Of a DNA stretch of 64,000 nucleotides, positions 52,801 through 64,000 are shown piece by piece; position 1 is the first letter of the stretch, and each line of letters begins with the position of its first letter. The stretch spans positions 38,380,001-38,444,000 of the forward strand of contig NW_024704743.1 of assembly GCF_018977255.1 (NCBI RefSeq), written 5' to 3'. A model generated the notes under the pieces. It saw only the letters and a list, made by a program, of their open reading frames with translations. It made no database searches and was not told the origin of the DNA. This DNA is from Callorhinchus milii (Eukaryota). The position numbers and the translations under genes are program-made.

Positions 52801-55800
52801 TACCTTGTGGTGTGACATTAGTCGCACGCAATTAGTAATTCTTTCATTTGTTTTTAAATAATTATTTTGGAAATTTCATTGTATTTTCACATCTAAATAT
52901 AAGGCATCTTTCAATTTTAATAGTTGAAACAAATTCTGCTTAGTATGTAGATGTCTGGTAATGTGACAATAGGCAGGATGCTTTGCTCAAAAAGGCTATT
53001 GTACTGCATTTTATTGAAAGTACTTGTCAATCAAATAACCCAGTGAGGTATTGTATTATACCTGGGCCCCATGAAGTCAGGTACAGGGAGGATAAAATAT
53101 CCATTGGTGTGCAGCAATACTGCCCATTATATCAAGTTTAGGAGTTGTTGTTGGTAAGCTTGGTACATGGCATTGGACTTTAACCTTTTGAACATCAAGG
53201 GCAGCTGGACATGACAGGCTGTCCTGTATAGATCCTATAGACCACACTGAAGGCAAATGCCTATCGAATTCCTGACAGAGAAATTTTCATGAGTAAAGTG
53301 GCATACATATAAGGAACTTTCAGTGTAGTGTGAATGCTGTGGAGTCCTGTAGCTCAGTGGTTAGAGCACTCGCTTTGCAAGCGAGAGACCTGAGTTCAAT
53401 TCCAGGCAGGGCGAAACCTTGGGCAAGTTTCCTTACTCCACACGCCTAGTAATAATCCTCCAAAAAACAAAAACAATAATAAATTGGTCAATTTCAATCT
53501 ACGACTGTTTGTGGGACATTGCTGTGCGCAATTGGCTGCCGCGTTCGCCCACAAATATACAGTCAATTCACTTTACAGTATATTCTGTGAAGCGCTTTGG
53601 GACGTCCTCCCGACGTGAAAAGCGCTATATCAAATGCAAGGATTATTATTATTATTATTATAATGCTCTGACACATGCAGAAACCCATCAGCATGCTCAG
53701 GTCACCTGGCTGACCGAACAGAAAAAAAAATACCAAATTTAATCTTCAACGGGTTTAAGCTCACTGCCGTGGGATGGATCTTTAGCATTCACTAGGGCAA
53801 GTGGGTGTGACCTTTTATTTGAAAGACAGCCATTCCAGCAGTGTGATATTTCCAGAAGCCCTACACTGAGATTATTATAAATGTAACAGGGATTTGAAAT
53901 CCTATTGGTTTAGTTCAGAGATAAAACTCTTTGACAAAATTTTGCTTCTGGCTGCTAAAGTGATTTGGGTTAATTCTAGTATTTGCGTTTTACCCATGTT
54001 ACAGATATGATACCACAAAGTCATGTATGTGCAATGCCTCCACATTTTAATAATAATTCTTGCCTTTGATATAGGTCTTATAATCTCAAGATGTTAAAGC
54101 ACTTCACAGGTACTTGCTGTTGAATATAGTGACAGTATAATTTAAGACAAACAGAATTGCCAATTTTGCACACAACAATATCCCACAAACAGCAACATAG
54201 TGAACAACCATTTTTTCTGGAGGCTTATTGGTCAGAATATCAAGATAAATTACCTTCCTTATTGAAAGTGGGATCTGTTTTGCTTTGAAGCAATTGAGTT
54301 CTCGTCCAGTGATTTACTACTTTTGTTTGAATACATTGAAGCAATGTTTGAAATACAATAACGGATCTGAAGGTGATAAGAAAACAATAAGTGTTCAGTG
54401 TTTGTCGTTTAAAATCTCTTTCTAGTTTCCCGAAAAGGTATATTCACAAGGCTGCAACTGGGTACAGCAATACAGTTTTGGACCTGAGAAATACACTGGC
54501 GAAAATGTATTTGGAAAACTACGCAAAAACCTGGAAACCTTAAAAGTACAGGTATGTTTCTGTGGGAATGGCCATTCATCATCATCATTATCAAACCAAT
54601 CTCTAAAAGCTCTGTGCCTGTTGTGTAAGAGAAATAGAATAATAATCCTTGCATTTGATATAGCGCTTTACATGTCTGCTAGATGTCTCAAAGTGCTTCA
54701 CAGCATAAACAGTAAAGTGAATTGACTATTTGTGGGCAAAACTCGGCAGCCAAGTGCGCACAGCAGAATGTACCATATTTTCTCCATCTTGGCTGAGCAT
54801 TACACTTTACTACTTCAAATCAATTAGTGTACAATTAGTGCAGGATATAGATCATTCCTTCCCTGCTCCATTCTCCAGATGGCAATGTTACCAATCTGGG
54901 CCATTAAAACAAGATGGGATCATGGCATCTAATTTATTCATTCACGAAAGGGTGGGTGGGATGTGTGCATTTTAGCCACTAGATCAGGCTGAGAGGTCAG
55001 ATTTGAGGTCACAGATTTTATAAAAGCATTATAATAATATTACTTGCATTTGATCTTAACACCTTCTCACGTCGTTGATTTATTTATGCCACAAATAGCC
55101 CAAAAGAACAACAACTTGCATTTATATAGCGTCCTTCACATAGGCCGGCGTCTCAGAGTGTTCGGAACTAAGAACTGATTGGCCACGATAATGGTAGAGA
55201 CTTCTCTTTTCAAGTAGTTCCATAGGATCTTTAAAGTCTACCTGAATAAGCAGATCAGACCTTGGTTTAACATGTCAACCAAAGGACAGGACCTTCAACA
55301 ATGCACTCGCCCAACACTGGCGTAGAGTGTCAGCCGAGACTGTGACTTCAAAGTCCCTAATGTGGGAATTGAACCCACAACCTTCTGAATCAGAGGTGAG
55401 AGTTCTATAAACTGAGCCAGGCTGACACTCTGCTTCCCTTTTCCACTCCCAGGTAGCTTTTGGAAATCATTGATCCCAGTTTGACCTGAAACTGATCGAG
55501 CAAGCTGATGCTGGAACTTCTCTTTTGTGATTATCACTTTGGAGTCTATGGTCTCCACCTTTTTAAATTAAATCAAGAAAAAGTAGTCAAGTTTGTAATT
55601 GGAGCTAAAAACTCTGTCTTCACAAAAGAAGTGGATGCACCAAATGCTGCAGTATCGGAGGAGAGGGTAGAGGAAATGGATAGGATAAGTATATAAACAG
55701 AGAGGAAGTACTGAAAAGGTTGACTGGGCTGAAGGTAGATAAATCGTCCGGACGGGATGCAGCCAAGGTTACTATGGGAGGCACGGGTACAAATAGCGGA

Positions 55801-58800
55801 GGCTTTGGCTACAATTTTTCAATCTTCCTTGGACACAGGGGCGGTGCCAGAGGACTGGAGAGTGGCCAATGTTACTCCCCTGTACAAAAAGGGACAGAAG
55901 GACAAACCTGGGAAATACAGGCCAGTCAGCCTAACATCAGTAGTGGGGAAACTCCTTGAGACTATAATCCGGGACAGAATAAATCTTCACTTAGCAGAAT
56001 ATGGGTAATTAGGGACAGCCAGCACGGATTTGTTAAAGGCAAATCTTGTCTAACAAATCTAATAGAATTTTTCGATGAGGTAACGGCGAGGGAGGATGAA
56101 GGTAGTGCAGTTGATGTAGTTTATATGGACTTTCAAAGGTATTTGACAAAGTGCCACATGAAAGACTTGTAAGGAAGATAGAAGCCCATGGTATAAAAGG
56201 GACAGTGGCAGCATGGATCCAGAACTCGCTGGGAGACAGAAAGCAGAGAGTTGTGGTGAAAGGCTGCTTTTCTGACTGGAGGGAAGTGTACAGTGGCGTT
56301 CCCCCAGGGATCGGTATTAGGACCACTGCTCTTCTTAATATATATAAATGATCTGGACTTGGGTATAGCAAGTACCATTTCCAAGTTTGCGGACGACACA
56401 AAGTTAGGTAGGGTGGTAAACAGTGAGAAGGATAGTAGCCAACTGCAGGAAGTCATAGACAGAATGGTAAAATGGGCAGACATATGGCAGATGAATTTCA
56501 ATTTGGAGAAATGTGAGGTAATGCATTTTAATAGAAAGAATGAGGTGAGGCAACATAGGCCGGTAATACAATCTTAAAGGGGGTAAAAGAACAGAGAGAC
56601 CTGGGGGTTGAGGTAAATGAATCCTTGAAGGTGGCAGGACAGGTAGATAAAGCTGTAAAAAGGGCATATGGGATACTAGGCTTTATAAATAGGGGCATAG
56701 AGTACAAGAGTCAGGAGGTTATGATTAACCTATATAAAACACTGGTTAGGCCTCAGTTAGAATATTGTGCCAAGTTCTGGGCACCACATTATAGGAAGGA
56801 TGTTAAAGCATTGGAAAGGGTGTAGAAGAGATTTACAAGAATGGTACCAGGAATGAGGGACCTTGATTATGAGGAAAGGCTCGAGAGGCCGGGATTATTC
56901 TCATTGGAGCAGAGAAGGTTACGAGGAGACCTAATAAAGGTCTTCAAAACCATGAGGGGATTTGATAGGTTAGAAAGGTAAAAACTGTTTCCACTGATGG
57001 GTGTGTCAGTGAATCAAGGTCACAGATTCAAAATGGTACCTAAAAGAAGAAGAGGGGAGGTGAGAAGAAATGTTTTCACGCAGCGAGTTGTTCGAATCTG
57101 GAATGCATTGCCTGAAAGGGTGGTCGAGGCCGATTCGATAACTACTTTTAAAAATGCGGTGGATGGGTATTTGAAGAGGATGGGTCTGCAGGGTTATGGG
57201 GAAAGGGCTGGGGAGTGAGATTGACGTTATATTTGGTCTTTTCAAAGAGCACAGACTCGATGGGTCGAAAGGCCTCTTTTTGTGCTGAAAAAAACCCAAC
57301 CTAGAAACAGCTTAACTCTTTACATTCTGTTGTGCAATCAACTTACAGGCAGCAATTTACAATAACCTGCATTTACATTGTGCCATTTTTAGTGCTGGCA
57401 GTGAGCATTGGAAACCAGATTTATCAATCTTCTGGTTAACAATAAGTCCACAGTAGATCTGCAAAATAAGTTAATACAGGTTTAACTAGGGGCTGTTTTA
57501 AGAGTGTTGCCCTGTATTTTTCCAGCCCCAAATTCTTCCCATGTCCTTTATAGACACTGATATACTGTGTAGTTTCAAGCTCTGTCACTCGTACATGCTC
57601 CAAGACACTGCCCCCATTGTAAAGGGCATTATGTAAATGGACATTGTTATTGGTATTTCTGACCTCAAACAGATGGCTTTTCCAATTATGACTTTCACAA
57701 TGACCCAGTGTATCAGATGAACTGTGAAAAAACGCCTTAAGCATAAATTCTCATTGCCCTTGCCTGCCTGCTCCATGCATGGAACAACTGTTCCCAAGTG
57801 GATCTGCCACATCCACAGGCTAAACAGATTGCCCATTAGATTATTATGGCTTTACTATCCTCTTTTCATAATTTTATTTGCATTATTCTCTATGGGGGTA
57901 AACAATGTGACATTTCATAAATTTGAAGTTCCGGTTAAGAAATGTAGCATTTTTTTCAACCTTGCCTCTTTAGAAAACACCAGCTGCAAAGTCATATCTT
58001 GTACAGTGACTGCCAATGTCAGTACTCCAAGCAAGTGTTCTTTATAACCAGCTGATTGTGTTTATAATGCTGTCTTAATCTAAGCAGGTAGTTAATATGT
58101 GGTCTGTAGATCAAAGATTAAACTAATTTGTTGCTGCCAATTAACAACCCATTTGTTTTATTTTAGTGGATCACCATTTCTGCAATTAAAGACCAGGAGA
58201 AAAGGGTGGAAATGTGTATCAATCTATTCAATGATCAGAAGAAGGAATATATGATGTTTGAAGCCATGAAATTCCTCATGTTATATGCTGTTGTGGGGCT
58301 TTTTGAGGAGCTAAAAGACGACCAAGACGTTCCCAACTTTTGTTCATTTTTCTTTGCTCGTGATACCTCATTTGATCCCTTAAGCTTCATGTTGAACCAC
58401 TTGAACTATGTGGGTGACACTGGTGGACTAGAGCAGGTGAGAAGTAGTTAGAGAACTCTGGATAAAATGCTTCAAATTTTTGTGGGAGGGGGTTCTCTCT
58501 CTCTCTCTCTCCCTCCCTCTCTCTGAGGCCTGGCCCCTACTCTAGTAAGTGGTTACTGTGGCTACCCCACAGCCATTACAAATAATGGCATTTCTGCAAA
58601 AAATTAGAATTTGGTCACTCAATCCACGACTATTTGTGAGACACTGCTGTACGGAATTGGCTGACAAGTTTCGCGCACAAAATATACAGTCAACACTTCA
58701 GTATATTCTGTGAAGTACTTTGAGATGTCTCGAAGACATGATAAGGCACTATCAACTGCAAGGTTTATTTTTATCATTATTATTAATCACACTCAGCTTC

Positions 58801-59833
58801 TCTCCCTCCAACATGTGCAAAATGTCGTGAAGACCAGAAAAAATTCTTACATAGTTATATTTTTGCACCGCAAGTTTGAAAACCCTGGATTTAGAAGGAT
58901 TCAACAATGTGAACTAATTGTACCGTATTAAGGGTGGAAAAAACGAGTTCCATAGTCTTTAACATTTGCATTATTAGGTTTTAGAAATCAGCTGGCATTT
59001 ATTTGCACATACGAATACATTTTTCGTGGGGAGGTATATTTTTTAGTATTGTATTCCGTCCCGTTGCTATATGCACACAAAACACCAATTGTTTCTTACA
59101 AATTTAGCATTCTGAATTGCAGCAGCTGCATAATATATTCAGAGTGAACTGCGTAAAATAGAGGTTGTTAGCTACTTGACCTCAGGATTTAATTTTAAAA
59201 TCTGGTTATTTTTTAAAGCATCTTAGTCAAGCTGAAGAACCTGATAGAGCGAGTTTCCAGCCTGCTGCTGCTGTTCAGTGAAATGGGTTTCCTCTTTTAG
59301 AGCAGATATTTCATGAAAGGGACTTTCTCAGAAAGTCGTTAGAAACTAGAAGTTTGTTTTAAAATATTTGAAGCCTTGTACTTCTGTAGACTATTGATGG
59401 TGATATTAATGTTACTCATATAATGTATGCTCCAGAGAGAATTTTTCTTATGTCTGGAATTGAATTTTAGTTGTTTCAGTAAATATGTTAGCGATTTTCG
59501 TTTATATAAAAAAAGACATCTTTAAAAATCGTCATATGAAAAAAATGGCGTGCAACAATGATTTAGATTATTGGGTAGAAATATCTTGACTGTATTTTAA
59601 AATAAAGTATTTTGCCTGAATTTTGTTGGAATCATGATTTCTGTTTTCTGATCTTTCAGCTTGAAATGTTCCTTCTCGGATTCACGCTTGATTTGAAGAT
59701 CTCTGCCTTCAGACTGTACAAGTATGGCACTGAAGAATTTCATCCGTGTTATCCTGAGGATCATTGTAGGAACTGGCCTGAGATTTGCATTATAACCGAG
59801 GATGACAGGCATTACAATGTGCCTATTGCATAA
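46723..59833 (+). CDS. OTULINL: OTULINL/FAM105A orthologue (OTU deubiquitinase family). Spliced CDS exons 2-8: 46723-46879, 49969-49991, 50083-50174, 51469-51618, 54426-54551, 58167-58436, 59660-59833
   Basis: All exons are bounded by ag/gt and join in one open frame. The translation contains FAM105A-diagnostic segments GHLLKW, SQGIPFPTWMKEQDI, SQGCNWVQQYSFGPEKYTGENVFGKLRK, DPLSFMLNHLNYVGDT and CYPE..WPEI. With the putative exon 1 the protein is 345 aa. Confidence 0.93.
49969..49991 (+). CDS. OTULINL: OTULINL exon 3 (23-nt micro-exon)
   Basis: ttttttctgcaattacag|GTCATTTAGGATTTCAGAAAAAG|gtatta. Phase 2 to 1, which exactly bridges exon 2 (ends TG) and exon 4 (starts AA): (W)SFRISEK(E). Confidence 0.7.
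50083..50174 (+). CDS. OTULINL: OTULINL exon 4
   Basis: ggttcag|AAAAT...AGACAG|gtaaca. Encodes NKAVGPLIDLLEYGKREWRGETKEAEKMRQ (family D[LI]xxYxxxEW[RK]GxT motif). Confidence 0.92.
50293..50616 (+). mobile_element. Full-length SINE in OTULINL intron 4
   Basis: Same family as the 13260 copy. Confidence 0.92.
51469..51618 (+). CDS. OTULINL: OTULINL exon 5 (Cys box)
   Basis: ttccag|GCT...GCCAAG|gtaact, 150 nt. Encodes AYKAVYMDHHFKHIRRIRGDNYCALRATLFQILSQGIPFPTWMKEQDIAK. Cys codon TGT is at 51535-51537. Confidence 0.95.
52230..52650 (+). mobile_element. L2 3' fragment
   Basis: gagttcaagatcctcatcctcac...ctctggaactccatcc...ttgggacgtccgcctgatgtgaaaggtgctata; reverse complement of the 28.9-29.4 kb element. 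Confidence 0.75.
53340..53661 (+). mobile_element. Full-length SINE in OTULINL intron 5
   Basis: Same family; aatgct on both sides (candidate target-site duplication). Confidence 0.92.
54426..54551 (+). CDS. OTULINL: OTULINL exon 6
   Basis: tctag|TTT...GTACAG|gtatgt, 126 nt. Encodes FPEKVYSQGCNWVQQYSFGPEKYTGENVFGKLRKNLETLKVQ. Confidence 0.95.
55610..57290 (+). mobile_element. 5'-truncated, degenerate CR1 LINE (reverse transcriptase and 3' UTR) in OTULINL intron 6
   Basis: ORF pieces VPEDWRVANVTPLYKKG..PGKYRPVSLTSVVGKLLE, PQGSVLGPLLFLIYINDLD..SKFADDTKL and YKTLVRPQLEYC..FWAPH, broken by stops and frameshifts. Has a CR1-type 3' end (gatgggtcgaaaggcctc). Confidence 0.95.
58167..58436 (+). CDS. 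OTULINL: OTULINL exon 7
   Basis: ttttag|TGG...GAGCAG|gtgaga, 270 nt. Encodes WITISAIKDQEKRVEMC...FEAMKFLMLY...FARDTSFDPLSFMLNHLNYVGDTGGLEQ. Confidence 0.95.
59660..59833 (+). CDS. OTULINL: OTULINL last coding exon (His box)
   Basis: ctttcag|CTTGAA...GCATAA. Encodes LEMFLLGFTLDLKISAFRLYKYGTEEFHPCYPEDHCRNWPEICIITEDDRHYNVPIA*. His is at 59810-59812 and Asn at 59816-59818. Confidence 0.95.
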   Translation, partial: LEMFLLGFTLDLKISAFRLYKYGTEEFHPCYPEDHCRNWPEICIITEDDRHYNVPIA

Positions 59834-61343
59834 AGCTGATCTAGCTATATAGAAAACTATGATTACGAGGAAGCATTTTGTCTATACTGTAAATATCTTT
59901 GTTGGGTATTTATAATTGGTTTAGTGCAACTATGCTAATTATTGCAAACAAACTTTGTGACATCAAGTTTTTTTATTACTTTAATTATGCATTCCATTCA
60001 ACCTTTTTTTAAAAACCTATTTATGTAGTTTGTCAAGATACAAAAATCAGTATAATTATAAAATGTAAGTAAGCAGGCCAGGTTACTTTGGAACTGGAAA
60101 ATTTCACAACCAACAATCCTGATTCCACAAACACCTGCAAAATCCAGTATTTGTTTGTTCCCAAACAAAAGAAAAAGACCTAAAGACAATAGTAATGAAA
60201 CTCCTTCTCTCTGACTGATTCTGTGGTACAGAAAGGGATTTTGTGTCAAATTGTCTGCTTGCGTTATTGTAGTCAGGAAACTGAGTCAGGAGGGGCCACA
60301 GGGTCTAATCCACTGTTGATAACAGCCCAACTACTCTGGCTTATTGGGTAGACTTAGAGGGGCAGACCATTTACTGGGAGCAGAGATTCTTCCCACTCAG
60401 CTTCTATTAACCTGCAAGCCAAAGCCCTAATGGGTGGAGTAGCCTTAGCTGGACAAGCATCTGGAAGCATGTCAGTGTATGCAATTTAACATGTGTTTTA
60501 TTTAAAGTTAAACTTGTTTTTGGTCAGTCAGACATTAATACTTGCAAACCCATCATCATGTTTAAGAGTATGGTGATGAATTTCTGCGTCTGTCAAACAA
60601 CACCCACCTGACCCAAACATTTATGCCAGCTACGAATTGAAATTTTCATGCATCTCGGATGGAATGCACACTCTTCTGGAGCGATGCACCCTGCTTACTG
60701 CATTTCAGTTAGTAAGAGCCAAGGCTTGGAACTCTTCATTGGTGCACTGCTGGAGCTTAATTAACTTGCCATTGAGAGCAGTATCTGGCAAGCTTCCCAC
60801 TACTTATCCAGCTAGAAATGCAAACAAGTGGTTTTGGTTTGCAGGGTTAACTGAGCCGAATGGGAATAATCCCTGATCCCAATCTACCTACCCCAATCCT
60901 GGCTGGTCTATTATCAGTAGAGCGTTGAAGTACTACAGATCCACCTAAATCAGAAACTAAACTACCGAGACTGTCCGTATCAAGTCAACACTCGGTGACA
61001 TTCTGTTACAAGCATATTACCTTGGAGCCAGCTCAACCTCGAGTAGACCTTCCTTATTTTTCTTCTGGCCTTGAAAGAGGCTGATATTTTAATTTAAGAT
61101 GGGCTGAAATTAGGAACGAGTAGACTGAAAAGCATTTCAAAATGGCATTATGCCTTTTATCATGTACGTATCTTTTTCTTTAATATACACATACTGAGCT
61201 AGTGGCCTTTAATCTTGAATGTTGCGTGTTTTTATGTACATTTTGACTTCATTTGGTTTAAAGCCCTTTTTGCTTTATGTAGTATTACATTTGAATTGGT
61301 TCACACGTTTAGTATTTTAAAACTGTAGATTTTCCTGGTTAAG

Positions 61344-61349
61344 AATAAA
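61344..61349 (+). terminator. Candidate polyadenylation signal of OTULINL
   Basis: AATAAA about 1.5 kb after the stop codon, followed by T-rich and GT-rich sequence. Confidence 0.4.
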
Positions 61350-63279
61350 GGTTTTTTTCAATCTATGCAGGTGTACTGGTTCTTTCCTTGCTTGTATCTG
61401 AATTTTACAATGTCTCGGTGGAAGAAGGGAGAGTGTTTTCTATTGATCTGTAAATTTGTGTCAGTTTAGCTTAGGTGGTAGCACTCTTATCTCTGGGTCA
61501 GAAAGTTGTGGGTTTAGTCCTAAGTTGGGTCTTTAAATTTATGGTCTAGCCTGACAGTTCATGGTAGTTTTGTTGAAAGTGCTAACCTTTTGATGAGATG
61601 TTAAATCAAGGTCCTATCTTCCTGTTCAGGTGGAGATTTAAAAAAATGTATTTGAAAAGAGGAAAGGGAGTTTCTGTCAGTGATCTGGACAACATGCCTC
61701 CAGGTAAATGGATCATTCACCTTCTAGCTCTTTATGGCACATTGCTGTGTACAAATTAGCTACTTTGTTTACCTACAATAACAGTAATTACTGTTAATAG
61801 TACAGTACAATAATATAGCCTGTGACTGTAGCAGGCTTTGAGACATTTTAAGATTAAAGGTGCTTATAAAATATAAAGGCAAGGAATATTTTTAAATCTA
61901 CAGATCTCTGCTGGTAGGCATATTTATTGGTGAGCTGAAATTATGTCTTAATCCATGTAGTATTGCAGATAGGAATCAGAATCAGTTCTAACTTTTAATA
62001 ACCACTCTATCTTTAACTGTGTCAAGGAGTGTAGTTTCTAAGAAGTATACAAGTTGATTGCCTTTCCCATTTATCAAATAATGGTTTCTAGAAATCAATG
62101 TAGTTTAATTATTCTGGACTTCTGAATGGAGCTCTGACAATTAACTAAAATGTGAAATATGTTAGTTGTTCTATATAGTGCTTTTTGGTGCTATAGCTGC
62201 AGATACGTTTTTAATGAATGTCCTTTGCGTTTTCAGTGGGGATGGCACAAACTATGGAGAGCTGCAACCTACACCTAAACCTGCTTATCGATTGACCGAA
62301 CAATAAAAAGGACAAATGAAGTCCCAGGTCACATGGCATTCATTCTACTTGATCCACAAATCAAACGATGGATTTACCCCAACTGACATAGCTTACACTC
62401 TGTAATTCTCTGTACGACTTGTAGCAGTGTGAAGGGCACTATATCAATGCATATTATTGTTGTTTTAGTGTCTCATTTTAAGAGCAACAACGATTTGCAT
62501 TGTGGGTTCACAACAAATCAACATAGTCTTGAACCCACAACATTTTGACAAAGTTAGAGCTATGTAAAGGAAGCAGGAAATCCAGAAACAATGAGTGGAA
62601 GAGCTTCCATTTGTGGCATGACAATGAACCTCTTCAACGCTGAATCCTTGTCCTCATACAGAGTGCTCAAGAAAAGTTGTTAGCACATTAAATGTATTCT
62701 CTCAGAATAACTTCAATGTTTCGATTTTGATTTTAACTCCTCCCTCCCATTGAAAATCATGTTCAAACACAAAAGGTAGAAGAGAAAACAAAAACAACAA
62801 GGGTTGGAAATGTGAAATGAAGGATAATGCTCAAAACATTAACTGATTAAATGCTGATTGCCCTGAAAATAAGATGCCAGCAATTTTGTATTTAAATTGG
62901 AGGAGAACCCCTAGCGCACACTGCAGAAAAAAAGGTGGCTCAGCATTTTGGATCTGGGAAATTTGGAGTGGATTCGGGAGTTTTGAGGTGGGATCAACTG
63001 CACAGCACATACCATTGATCTGTAAGGAACAAACACTGGGGTCACCGTGTATCTAAAATACAGCCGTTAAATTGGTTGCAGCATATTCACTTAATTTTTA
63101 ACTGGCCAGCCGTGAGTCTGACACATGCAGAAACAACAACTTGCATTCATATGTAAATAATAATCCATTCACCCACAAAATACACAGCCACTTCACGATA
63201 CAGTAAATCCTGTGAGGGGCTTTGAGATGTCCCCCTGACATGAAAGATGCTGTATCAAATGTAAGGATTATTATTGTTA

Positions 63280-63970
63280 CTTTATATAAACCTTTTTACA
63301 TCTGGAGGGCATCTCAAAGTGCTTACAACTGACTGGGAGTCTGAGCTGGAGTGGTAGGAGGTGAAATGTTGGCTGAAACTACAGTAACAAAGATAGATAT
63401 TAAGGCAGGTTTTGAGAGTGGGAGGGATGGGATGAGATGAAGGGACTCTAGAGTCCTAAAGAATGGGGACAGAATGGCTTTAGGCTCGCCCATCAATGGT
63501 GGGGTGAATTCGGCAGTGCACATGAAGCAGCCTAATATTTGTTGACCCGAAGGAGTGGCCAGGGTAGAAGGGTTGCAGGAGATCTCAGAGGGGTCTGTGT
63601 GGGATGGGTGGGGGATGAAAGTGAAAATGATCTTGAATTCGATCAGCTGGTGGATGGGAAGCCAGTGGAACCAAGCAAGAACAGGCGTAATGGGCAGGAG
63701 TTAAGGAGTTCAGAGAGCAGAATAATCTGAAATGATCAAGACTAGACGTGGTAAAAGCATGGATGAGAATCAAAGAGTAGTTGACAATATGAAAGGCAGC
63801 AGCAGAGAGGTTGAGATTGACAAGAAGGCAAAGGAGCACTGGTCACAGATGGAGAGAATGTTGTTGGTGTTTTAGCCTGGACGTTGGGGGTGGCAGAATC
63901 AAATTGATGCAGCTTGTTATTAGGTGAATAAGGTACATCCTGCTGAGTAGAGTGTACACTCCAGTCCAAA
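63280..63970 (-). mobile_element. Degenerate L2 fragment
   Basis: Nucleotide similarity to the L2 copies at 14.1-14.9 kb (e.g. gatcttgaattcgatcagctgg..gggaagccagtggaacc); peptide ILIHAFTTSSLDH. Confidence 0.7.
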
Positions 63971-64000
63971 CAGAGATTTTTCAATGCATATGTGGAGCTC

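Noticed and set aside
61779..61796. Perfect 18-bp palindrome taacagtaattactgtta
   Set aside because: It lies in a decayed SINE in AT-rich sequence, with no other support for function.

Overview
Vertebrate genomic DNA, most likely from a cartilaginous fish. This is inferred from abundant tRNA-headed SINEs with L2-type tails, plus L2 and CR1 LINE debris. The window holds two tandem, same-strand FAM105/OTULIN-family OTU-domain genes with matching exon phases. Gene 2 (exons 46723-59833) is the OTULINL/FAM105A orthologue by its scaffold sequence. Unlike the catalytically dead mammalian protein, it keeps the OTULIN-type catalytic motifs RGDNYCALRA and EDDRHYNVP. Gene 1 (exons about 1508-10572) is a divergent extra paralogue with the catalytic Cys replaced by Phe and a truncated last exon. 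The middle of the window (about 16.4-47.3 kb) has an A-gap-B-B-A duplication. Block B appears inverted and carries the probable OTULINL first exon on the minus strand, so it may well be an assembly or haplotype artefact. All comparisons with human proteins are from recalled sequence motifs, not from a database search.
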